Origin: a bacterium
Lineage (GTDB): Bacteria; Chlamydiota; Chlamydiia; Chlamydiales; SM23-39
Direction: 5' to 3'
Assembly (NCBI GenBank): GCA_021780355.1
Contig: JAJXYX010000043.1
Span: 1 to 56,288 of the forward strand
DNA length: 56,288 bases
Notes under the pieces: model-generated
Databases searched by the model: none
Seen by the model: the letters and a program-made list of their open reading frames with translations, nothing else
What the model was told of the DNA's origin: nothing
Shown here: positions 18,386-27,964 of the stretch, piece after piece
Layout: every line of letters starts with the position of its first letter
How positions within the stretch are numbered: position 1 is the stretch's first letter
Position numbers and translations under genes: made by a program

Positions 18386-19372
18386 TTATCGAACAGGGAG
18401 AAGTTCTTGTAGGGCGGCGAGGATTCTTTCTTTGTTGGGAAGCGTTTCTTTTTCGAGGATTTTGGAGTATGGCATGGGAGTTTCTCGTTGGCAGACGCGG
18501 ACGAGGGGGGCGTCGAGATCATCGAAGCAGTGTTCGATGATTTGAAAGCCCACTTCGGCGGAGATGCCGGCGAAGATGTGACCTTCTTCGACGATGGCGC
18601 AGCGGTGCGTTTTGCGAACCGAGGCGGCAATGGTTGCGATGTCGAGGGGTTTGATGGTCCTGAGGTCGATGATCTCTACTTGGACGCCTTGCTTGGCGAG
18701 CTCGTCTGCGGCTTCGCGGCAGAACTTGAGCATGCGCGAGTAGGAAATGAGGGTGATGTGCTTGCCTTCGCGGATGACTTTGGCTTTGCCGATGGGGACG
18801 AGGTACTCTTCCGTGGGGATCTCCATCTTGTCGCCGTAGTCGAGCTCATTTTCTAAGAAGATGACGGGGTTGTTGGAACGGATGGAGGCTTTCAGAAGAC
18901 CTTTCGCATCGTAGGCGTTGCTTGGGGCTATGACGATGAAACCGGGGAGGTGGCCGTAAATGGCCTCTACACAGTGGGAGTGCTGGCAAGAGACTTGAGC
19001 GGCAGCTCCATTTGGGCCTCGGAAGACGATAGGGACTTTAAAACGACCGTTGGACATGTAGTAGGCTTTGCAGGCGTTCGAGATGAGCTGATCCGCGGCG
19101 ACGAAGGAAAAGTTCCAGCTCATGAACTCTACAATCGGGCGCAGACCTGTTTGAGCAGCTCCGATGGCGATGCCGGCAAAACCGTTTTCGGCAATCGGCG
19201 TGTCGATGACGCGCTCGGGACCCCATTTGTCCAGCATGCCTTTGGTGACTTTGTAGGCGCCATTATATTCCGCTACTTCTTCGCCAAGGATGAACACGGT
19301 AGAATCGCGGGTCATCTCCTCATCGATCGCTTGCCTGAGGGCTTCTCGAATTTCAACGATTTGCGTTCCCAT
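18386..19372 (-). CDS. pdhB: Pyruvate dehydrogenase E1 beta
   Basis: GEEVAEYNGAYKVT, DTPIAE, PIVFRGPNG and DLRTIKPLD; start placed at MGTQIV. Confidence 0.95.
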   Translation of the reverse strand: MGTQIVEIREALRQAIDEEMTRDSTVFILGEEVAEYNGAYKVTKGMLDKWGPERVIDTPIAENGFAGIAIGAAQTGLRPIVEFMSWNFSFVAADQLISNACKAYYMSNGRFKVPIVFRGPNGAAAQVSCQHSHCVEAIYGHLPGFIVIAPSNAYDAKGLLKASIRSNNPVIFLENELDYGDKMEIPTEEYLVPIGKAKVIREGKHITLISYSRMLKFCREAADELAKQGVQVEIIDLRTIKPLDIATIAASVRKTHRCAIVEEGHIFAGISAEVGFQIIEHCFDDLDAPLVRVCQRETPMPYSKILEKETLPNKERILAALQELLPVR

Positions 19373-20402
19373 TTCCTTCCTCTGGAGCAAATACTCCCTC
19401 TTCTAATGTCATTGGGTTAGGCCAAGGACTTTCTTCTGCAAATTTCATCGCGGCAATCACGATCTCTTTTTGTTGGGTATCTAGTTCTTTGAAAGTAGAT
19501 TCATTGAGCATGCCATGCTGGGTGAGCGCTTCTTTCATCAAAAGGATTGGGTCGTTCTCCATGGTTTTGTGCAGCTCTTCTTTTGAGCGATAGAGTGCGG
19601 GATCTGAAATAGAGTGCCCGCGGAATCGTTGGGTGATCGCTTCAATGAGTACGGGTCGAGAGGTGCTGAGCACTTCATGGTAAGCCTCTTTGAATCCTGC
19701 ATAGCAATTAAAAAAATCCATGCCGTTGAGAGTATAGGATTTGATGCCATAACTGCTTGCATAGTGCTTTGCGATCGGCTGGACGGCGACGGCTCTTTGC
19801 ACGGAAGTTCCCATGCCCCATTGATTGTTTTCAATGACGTAAAGACAAGGCAGGTTCCATAGGGCGGCCATATTGAGTGATTCGTGCACAGCCCCTTGCA
19901 CGACAGCCCCATCTCCTAGAAAACAAAAAGAGGCCCACCCTTTCTTTTTCAGATACTTGATGCTGAATGCGGCGCCAGTCGCAATGGGCACGTGTCCTCC
20001 GACAATGGCGAGCCCGCCGAGCAGGTGATCGGCATAGATATGCATCGATCCCCCTTTTCCTCCTGCATTCCCTGTCGCTTTGCCATAAAGCTCTGCCATC
20101 ATCTCATTCGGCGTCGCGTGGAGTAAAAGAGCTAAAGCATGGCAGCGGTAAGTCGTTGTAAACCAGTTGTCGGAGCCCGCTGCAGCAACGCAACCGACCT
20201 GAATGGCCTCTTGCCCCATGTAAGAATGATAAAATCCTCCTACCTTGCCTTGCTGATAGGCGGCCTCGCCTCGGATTTCAAAATTCCTGATGAGGAGCAT
20301 TTGCTCTAAGAGCTTTAAAAGTTTTTCCTTCCCCAACTCTTCAATGACAGCGTCTCGGTTGGAAGGGAAAAAATGGTAAGGGGTGTTTGTCTCGTCTTTC
20401 AT
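19353..20402 (-). CDS. pdhA: Pyruvate dehydrogenase E1 alpha
   Basis: GFYHSYMGQEA, GKGGSMH, GDGA..QG..HE..N (TPP motif) and RFRGHS. Confidence 0.96.
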   Translation of the reverse strand: MKDETNTPYHFFPSNRDAVIEELGKEKLLKLLEQMLLIRNFEIRGEAAYQQGKVGGFYHSYMGQEAIQVGCVAAAGSDNWFTTTYRCHALALLLHATPNEMMAELYGKATGNAGGKGGSMHIYADHLLGGLAIVGGHVPIATGAAFSIKYLKKKGWASFCFLGDGAVVQGAVHESLNMAALWNLPCLYVIENNQWGMGTSVQRAVAVQPIAKHYASSYGIKSYTLNGMDFFNCYAGFKEAYHEVLSTSRPVLIEAITQRFRGHSISDPALYRSKEELHKTMENDPILLMKEALTQHGMLNESTFKELDTQQKEIVIAAMKFAEESPWPNPMTLEEGVFAPEEGNGNANR

Positions 20403-20464
20403 GTCTTTGCGTTCTTAGTCTAAACCGGCGTATAAACAGTTAAGTAATAATTTTGCAAGAGATC

Positions 20465-20617
20465 TTACCCCATGCCCGGCATGCCAGAGCCGTGGTTCGG
20501 AACCACGTGGGGATTGTTGGTGACCGGGACTGTTCTCAAATCGTCGTCTTCATCATAAAACTGAAAACAACCAGTTAAGGTTAAGAGGGGGAGGAGGAAG
20601 AAAACACATTTTTTCAT
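20465..20617 (-). CDS. Small lipoprotein (50 aa), absent from the ORF track
   Basis: MKKCVFFLLPLLTLTGC-FQFYDEDDDLRTVPVTNNPHVVPNHGSGMPGMG: basic start, hydrophobic core, LTGC lipobox and GAGG RBS. Confidence 0.75.
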   Translation of the reverse strand: MKKCVFFLLPLLTLTGCFQFYDEDDDLRTVPVTNNPHVVPNHGSGMPGMG

Positions 20618-20782
20618 GATACAGCCTCGGCTTATAAAATTACTCTTCTCAGGATACCCAAATGGGGAGAAAAAAGAAATGGGTTTATTCCAGTGAGGAA
20701 TAGGCGGGCTGGGAGGAGATAAAATGAGAATTGCTTTTAATCGAAAAATTCTGTTTCATAGGGGGTTTTACATTGGGTGACT

Positions 20783-21481
20783 ATGGCTCCGCGACCTATC
20801 TATTATGACACCGAAACTACAGGTGTAAGACCGGCTAAAGATCGAATTATCGAGATTGCAGCTTACGATGTGGAAAGAGATCGAACGTTTTGTTCTTTTG
20901 TTTATCCTGAAGGGCCGATTCCTCCGGAATCTACCGCTATTTCCGGCATCACAGATGAAATGGTGAAGGGAGCTCCCTTATTTAGCGAGGTGGGGCCTGC
21001 CTTTGCGGCCTTTTGCGAGGGAGATGTGGTTTTAGTAGCTCATAATAACGATCAGTTTGATAAGCTTTTTTTGGAGCATGAGTACAATCGGTTTGGCCTT
21101 TCTATGCCAAGCTGGCTCTATTTTGATACGTTGAAATGGTCGCGCAAGTATCGGCCCGATTTGCCGCGCCATTCTTTGCAATTTTTGAGAGAATTATTTG
21201 GGATCGAGGCCAACCAGGCTCATAGGGCTTTAGATGACGTCTATGTGCTTCATCAAGTGTCTACGAGGCTGATCGACGATTTGAGTTGGGATGAAATTTT
21301 ACGTTTGATGACCCAATCTTCTGAGATCACTAGAATGCCGTTTGGCAAATATGCGGGAAAACCTCTTTCCGAGGTTCCTAAAGATTACGTTAGCTGGCTT
21401 GCGAAAAACGGCGCGTTAGATAAATCGGAAAACGCAGCGCTTCGGGAAAATTTTAAAAAATTAGGTCTTTTGGGGGAATAA
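20783..21481 (+). CDS. DEDDh 3'-5' exonuclease (DnaQ-like) with C-terminal DUF3820-like motif
   Basis: DTETTG, AHN..FD, HRALDD; tail MPFGKYAGKPLSEVPKDYVSWL. Confidence 0.9.
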   Translation: MAPRPIYYDTETTGVRPAKDRIIEIAAYDVERDRTFCSFVYPEGPIPPESTAISGITDEMVKGAPLFSEVGPAFAAFCEGDVVLVAHNNDQFDKLFLEHEYNRFGLSMPSWLYFDTLKWSRKYRPDLPRHSLQFLRELFGIEANQAHRALDDVYVLHQVSTRLIDDLSWDEILRLMTQSSEITRMPFGKYAGKPLSEVPKDYVSWLAKNGALDKSENAALRENFKKLGLLGE

Positions 21482-22312
21482 ATGAACGTCAAAATTGCGA
21501 TCATTGGCTGTGGATACATTGGCATGAAGGCAGCGGCCCATTGGAGCGAAATGGGGCATCATGTGACGGCGACGACGCGCCATCCGGAACGATTGCCCGA
21601 TTTGGCAAAAGTGGCCCAAAAAACTTTGATCCTCAAGGGAGATGACGAGGAGGGGCTCGCCTCTCTTATCGCTGCGAATGATGTTCTAGTGATCACAATT
21701 GCAGCCGATAGCATCGATCAATATGAAAATGCCTATTTGCATACCTCCCAGCAGATCCGCGCTCTCGCTTTAGAAATGAACGAACCTCGCCGTTTAATCT
21801 ATACGAGCAGCACTTCGGTATACGGAGATCATCACGGGCTTTGGGTAGATGAAACAGCCTCTTTAACGGCTCCTTCCGAGCAAGGGAAAATTCTCATCCA
21901 ATCGGAAAAAACCTATCTTTCCTTATCAGAATGCCATTGGCATGTATGCATTTTGCGTCTTGCCGAGATTTACGGTCCCGATAGAGAGATCTCTCGCCGG
22001 GCAAAACATATGGAAGGGCATAAATTGCCAGGTTCGGGCGATCAGTATACGAACATGGTGCATAAAGAAGATGTCGCGGCAGCCTTGGATTACGCGCTTC
22101 GGTATCGTTTAGAGGGAATTTATAATGTTGTTGACGATGAGCATCCGACTCGCAAAGAATTATACGACCGCATTGCTCATCAGCGCCACTGGCCTCTTCT
22201 TGAATGGGATCCTACTCTAACAAGCATGCATGGAGGCAACAAAAGAGTATCGAACCATAAAATTAAATCAGAAGGTTTTGTTTTTTCCTTTCCACATAGA
22301 ATTTTAGATTAA
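21482..22312 (+). CDS. NAD-dependent epimerase/dehydratase (atypical SDR)
   Basis: GCGYIG, YTSSTSVYG, LRLAEIYGP and KRVSN.K. Confidence 0.88.
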   Translation: MNVKIAIIGCGYIGMKAAAHWSEMGHHVTATTRHPERLPDLAKVAQKTLILKGDDEEGLASLIAANDVLVITIAADSIDQYENAYLHTSQQIRALALEMNEPRRLIYTSSTSVYGDHHGLWVDETASLTAPSEQGKILIQSEKTYLSLSECHWHVCILRLAEIYGPDREISRRAKHMEGHKLPGSGDQYTNMVHKEDVAAALDYALRYRLEGIYNVVDDEHPTRKELYDRIAHQRHWPLLEWDPTLTSMHGGNKRVSNHKIKSEGFVFSFPHRILD

Positions 22313-22335
22313 AAACTGTCGTTGAAATTCTCCAA

Positions 22336-22502
22336 TATACCGTTCGTAACTCAAGAATCGGCTATTGGATGAGATTGAAAGCTGCCAAAAATTGATCGCC
22401 GCAAAGTGGGCTAGTATGAGGCAATACAACCCACTTTGCGGCGATCGATTTTTGGCGCTTTGAACTCGTCCAATAGCCGATTCTTGAGTCACGAACGGTA
22501 TA
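22336..22502 (-). mobile_element. Palindromic MITE, copy 2
   Basis: 167 bp TATACCGTTCGTAACTCAAGAATCGGCT...AGCCGATTCTTGAGTCACGAACGGTATA. It has the same internal loop and bulges as copy 1, in the opposite orientation. Confidence 0.88.
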
Positions 22503-22525
22503 CAAAGAAATTCAACGACCGCCTC

Positions 22526-22864
22526 TTATTCGGAAAGAGCTTCTTCTTGTAGATTAGGAGATGCAGGCGAGATATTTTGAGGTAGAAACCAAGTGGTTTT
22601 TAGCGCCAGCGTTAACTCTTCGATTTTTTTGCTTGTTTTGGCGACAAATTTATTGCCGGTGAATAGTTGGATTGGCTTGCCTTTAATCAAGATTCGTTTG
22701 TCGTTATGATCTGCGATCCATTTATGAATTTTTGCCACAGTCGCTTCAAGCGCTTCTGGGGTGACCAGTTCGTCTTGTCTTTTTAATACTTCCTCTAGTT
22801 TTTTTCTGGCTTTTTTAATGGTTTGACTTTCAGGCGCGCACTTTTTTTTCCCTTCGTCGCTCAT
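22526..22864 (-). CDS. Hypothetical protein
   Basis: 112 aa, Lys/Glu-rich, with a GAGGAG RBS. Confidence 0.7.
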   Translation of the reverse strand: MSDEGKKKCAPESQTIKKARKKLEEVLKRQDELVTPEALEATVAKIHKWIADHNDKRILIKGKPIQLFTGNKFVAKTSKKIEELTLALKTTWFLPQNISPASPNLQEEALSE

Positions 22865-22956
22865 TTTAACTCCTCTGGTGGACCTGCGAGAATGCTAAAA
22901 GAATTTCATTTAAATAGCTAGAAAAAACTATGCTGAAAAGATATGCGGAGGATAGT

Positions 22957-23679
22957 ATGAATGCGATAGAAATAAAAAAAGAATTAGGTTTAAGAGCTGC
23001 TCAATTGATTCAATCCGGGATGATCGTCGGTCTCGGCACTGGTTCTACTGCTGAGTGTTTTATTCATAGCCTGCTTGAGCGGGTCCAAAAAGAAAAACTA
23101 ACCATTCAAGCCGTTGCCAGTTCAGAGCGTTCGGCAGAATTAGCGCGAGCAGGCGGCGTTTCCGTCTTAGATCTCAATGAGGCCTCTCATGTCGACATCA
23201 CCGTTGATGGAGCCGATGAAATCGATCCCGAAAAGCGTCTGATTAAAGGAGCTGGCGGAGCTCTGCTTCGAGAAAAAATCCTAGCCTCCTCCAGTCGCAG
23301 CATGCTCGTCATCGCCGATGAAACCAAGTTAGTTCCTCACCTCGGAAAAACAAAACTCCCCCTAGAAATTCTCCCCTACGGCGCCGCCGCCACCCGCCGC
23401 CATATCGAAGCCCTCGGACACAAAGCTTCCTGGAGATTAAGCCCCTTCAGCCCCCTCCGCCCCACCTTTCATCTACCCCAGCAATCAGAAAATCTCTTCC
23501 TCACAGACAACAATAATCTCATCCTCGATCTCACTTTCAGTCACCCTCTCCAAAACCCCGAAGAGCTTCATCACGAACTCACCCAAATCCCCGGAGTACT
23601 CGAAACCGGCTTCTTTTTCCACCTAGCCAAAACAATCCTCATCGGCCGTCTTAATGGCAAAGTCGATCAAATTTCTTAG
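22957..23679 (+). CDS. rpiA: Ribose-5-phosphate isomerase A
   Basis: GLGTGST, DGADE and KGAGGALLREK; start after GGAGG. Confidence 0.96.
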   Translation: MNAIEIKKELGLRAAQLIQSGMIVGLGTGSTAECFIHSLLERVQKEKLTIQAVASSERSAELARAGGVSVLDLNEASHVDITVDGADEIDPEKRLIKGAGGALLREKILASSSRSMLVIADETKLVPHLGKTKLPLEILPYGAAATRRHIEALGHKASWRLSPFSPLRPTFHLPQQSENLFLTDNNNLILDLTFSHPLQNPEELHHELTQIPGVLETGFFFHLAKTILIGRLNGKVDQIS

Positions 23680-23687
23680 CGCATAGA

Positions 23688-23835
23688 TGGGGCTTCGCCC
23701 CAAACCCCACCAAAGGACTATCGTCCTTTGGAAACCTATTTACTTTACGAATCATCAATCGCTGCGATTGATGATTCAAAAACAAATAGGAGTCCAGAGG
23801 ACGTAGTCCTTTGGCGGAGTGTGGGGCGGAGCCCC
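23688..23835. repeat. Inverted pair of double-hairpin units E (23688-23736) and F (23789-23835) around a central 29 bp palindrome
   Basis: Same unit as A-D. The centre is GAATCATCAATCGC-T-GCGATTGATGATTC (23749-23777). Lies between convergent rpiA and pepF. Confidence 0.9.
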
Positions 23836-23843
23836 GCTATCGA

Positions 23844-25643
23844 TTAGCTCAGACATTCTTCGAGTTCGTCGATGAGTTTTTGGAAATAATTGAGAGCTGA
23901 TTCGACGGGTTTGGGGCTTGTCATGTCGACGCCTGCGATCTGTAGGAGATCGAGGGGGTAGCGGCTGCCTCCGGCGCTGAGGAATTGGAGGTATTTTGAT
24001 CGAGCTTCTTGGGATTGGGTGGCTTGATTGAAGAGCTCGAGGGCTGCGCTGAGGCCGGTTGCGTATTGATAAACGTAGAAGTCGTAGTAGAAGTGGGGGA
24101 TTCGGGCCCATTCGAAGGCGAGTTCGGGGTCGGCGGCGAAATGGGGGCCGTAGTATTCTTGGTTGAGTTGGAGATAAGTTTTGTTGAGAAGAGAGGGGGT
24201 GAGGGGGACGCCTTCTTCGGCCCAGCGGTGGAGTTGCCATTCGAACTCCGCGAAGAGCGTTTGACGGAAGATGGTGCCTCGAATGCCTTCGATTTGGTAG
24301 TTGAGGAGAACGGCTTTTTCTTGCTTGGTTTTTGCGTGGGAGAGGAGATGGCGCAAGAGAAGCTGCTCGTTGAAAGTGGAGGCGACTTCTGCTACGAAGA
24401 TCGGGTATTGGGAGTTGATGTAGGATTGGTGGGTGCGGCTGTAGTAGCTGTGCATGCTGTGGCCAGCTTCGTGGGCGAGAGTGAGGACGTCATTGAGCGT
24501 GCCGTGGTAGTTCATGAGGATGTAGGGCATGCTATCGTAGCATCCGCTGGAATAGGCCCCGGAGCGCTTGCGGGCGTTTTCGTAGACATCGACCCAGCGA
24601 TCTGTGGTGAGGCCTTTTTGTAAGATCTCTTGGTATTCGGAGCCTAAGAGAGAGACGGATTCGATGACAGCATGGCAGGCGTCGGGATATGCCATGTTCA
24701 TGTTGGTTTCTGAGACGAGAGGAACGTAGAGATCGTAGGCGTGAATTTGATCGAGCTTGAGGATTTTTTTTCGTAGGTCAAGATACTTGTGCATGAGAGG
24801 GAGGCCTGTTTTCACAGTTTGGATGAGCTGTGAATAGACCTTGGTGTCGATTTTATGGCTGAAGAGGGCGGAATCTAGACAGCTGGGAAAATTTCTGGCC
24901 CTTGCTGTGAAGAGATGGCTTTCGACTAGACCTTGAAGAAGCTCGCAGATTGTGTTGGCGTGATGTTCATAGCTTTGATGCAGATGGATGAAAGCGGTTT
25001 TGCGAAATTTTCGGTCGGGAGATCTGACGTACATGAGATAAGAGCCGTTGGAGAGGGGGTGTTCTTTTCCTTTCTCGTCGAGGGCGGGTTGGAAGGTGAG
25101 GTCCGCATTATTCAGAGCCCCGAACGCTTTATAGAAAGTGTCTAGAGCTTTTGAGCTAAGGGCCATAATTTTTTCCTGCTCAGGTGGAAGCGTGTGGGCT
25201 TTTCTCCGGTTTACTTTTTCTAAATAGAATTGAAATGGTTTGAGAGAGGGGGTTTGGAGCAATGTTTGATATTGCTCCTCGCTGAGGGATAGCAGCTCTG
25301 GCTCGATCCAGGAGCTTTCCAACTGAAAATGGTGCATGAGCTGCGAGATCAGGCCAAAATAATGTTTATGTACGTCATTGCCTACGTCCTCATCTAATTT
25401 AAGATGGGCGTAGGTATGTAGTTTCGATAGCTCTCTGTCTAGGTTAAATAATTTATTGAGAAGCTCTGTGAGCTGGGAGGGGTTTGCGAGATGGTTTTTG
25501 TAGGCGGCAAGCTCTGGCCAGCGAAGCTCTTCTTCTTTATTTTGAATAGCTTGCAGATCTTTTTCCCACTCGGAAAACGAGGGGTATAAAGCCGAGACAT
25601 TCCACTGGTCTTGCTCGGGGATTTCGGTTCTGGATTGGGTCAT
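23844..25643 (-). CDS. pepF: Oligoendopeptidase F (M3B)
   Basis: KRSGAYSSG, TLAHEAGHSMH, FVAEVAS and WARIPHFY. Confidence 0.96.
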   Translation of the reverse strand: MTQSRTEIPEQDQWNVSALYPSFSEWEKDLQAIQNKEEELRWPELAAYKNHLANPSQLTELLNKLFNLDRELSKLHTYAHLKLDEDVGNDVHKHYFGLISQLMHHFQLESSWIEPELLSLSEEQYQTLLQTPSLKPFQFYLEKVNRRKAHTLPPEQEKIMALSSKALDTFYKAFGALNNADLTFQPALDEKGKEHPLSNGSYLMYVRSPDRKFRKTAFIHLHQSYEHHANTICELLQGLVESHLFTARARNFPSCLDSALFSHKIDTKVYSQLIQTVKTGLPLMHKYLDLRKKILKLDQIHAYDLYVPLVSETNMNMAYPDACHAVIESVSLLGSEYQEILQKGLTTDRWVDVYENARKRSGAYSSGCYDSMPYILMNYHGTLNDVLTLAHEAGHSMHSYYSRTHQSYINSQYPIFVAEVASTFNEQLLLRHLLSHAKTKQEKAVLLNYQIEGIRGTIFRQTLFAEFEWQLHRWAEEGVPLTPSLLNKTYLQLNQEYYGPHFAADPELAFEWARIPHFYYDFYVYQYATGLSAALELFNQATQSQEARSKYLQFLSAGGSRYPLDLLQIAGVDMTSPKPVESALNYFQKLIDELEECLS

Positions 25644-25677
25644 AGGAGCTTCCTTTTTTTAGAAAAAACGGGCGCGA

Positions 25678-25739
25678 TTAGCAATCCCGCATTCGATTTG
25701 CTAAATTTTGTTGCAAAAAAAACCATGTTCTAGTATATT
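25678..25739 (+). promoter_or_regulatory. Degenerate CIRCE (HrcA operator) and groESL promoter
   Basis: TTAGCAATC-N9-ATTTGCTAA (25678-25704), then TTGCAA-N17-TATATT (25711-25739). Confidence 0.75.
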
Positions 25740-25828
25740 CCTTTATAGATTTTAGTCGATAACTCTCACAATATAATCGCTGGCCTTAGGGCTGGCCTAA
25801 AAAAAAACAACACAAGGAGAAGCACTTT

Positions 25829-26143
25829 ATGGCTCAACAAGCTGAAAAGAAAATGACACTGAAGCCTCTTGGCAACCGAGTTCTTGCTCAAAGATTAGAG
25901 CAGCAAGAGACGATGAAGGGGGGGATCATTCTTCCGGATAGCGCTAAGAAAAAGCAAGAGACGGCTCGTGTGGTAGCTGTGGGTTCTGGCAAAAAATTAG
26001 ACGATGGTCAAATTGTGCCAGTGCCTGTAGCAGTCGGCGATGTGATCCTTATGGATAAATACGCAGGACAGGAAGTCTCGATCGATGACGAAGAGTTTGT
26101 GATCGTGAAGTCTGATGACATCGTAGCAATTGTTGAAGAATAA
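25829..26143 (+). CDS. groES: Co-chaperonin GroES
   Basis: LKPLGNRVL, GGIILPD and VVAVGSG. Confidence 0.98.
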   Translation: MAQQAEKKMTLKPLGNRVLAQRLEQQETMKGGIILPDSAKKKQETARVVAVGSGKKLDDGQIVPVPVAVGDVILMDKYAGQEVSIDDEEFVIVKSDDIVAIVEE

Positions 26144-26152
26144 TTTTGTTAA

Positions 26153-27793
<1,641 letters not shown>

Positions 27794-27816
27794 TCCCTCT
27801 CTTTCTTAAGTGCGAT

Positions 27817-27853
27817 AAAAACCCCTTGGAGGCAACTTCAAGGGGTTTTTTTT
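27817..27853 (+). terminator. groESL intrinsic terminator
   Basis: AAAAACCCCTTGGAG-GCAA-CTTCAAGGGGTTTTTTTT. Confidence 0.9.
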
Positions 27854-27874
27854 ATGTAAAATCCCAAGTCAAAA

Positions 27875-27928
27875 GGGATTCCAAAGGGCGTCAGCCCTTT
27901 GGTAGGATCTTAAGGACGAAGTCCTTAA
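27875..27928 (-). repeat. Double-hairpin repeat unit G (variant)
   Basis: GGGATT CCAAAGGGC-GTCA-GCCCTTTGG TAGGATC TTAAGGAC-GAA-GTCCTTAA. Confidence 0.8.
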
Positions 27929-27964
27929 AAACTTTCAGCTGGAAACTCTTTGTAAGCTAATTCT

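Noticed and set aside
18352-19420. Several ORFs overlapping pdhB
   Set aside because: Alternate or antisense frames with no motifs; one starts inside a repeat.
22304-22492. 62 aa ORF
   Set aside because: Lies almost wholly inside MITE copy 2; no RBS support.
23776-24623. Pro/Arg-rich ORF 23776-24240 and antisense ORF 24009-24623
   Set aside because: Shadow frames of pepF, kept open by the local G/C skew.
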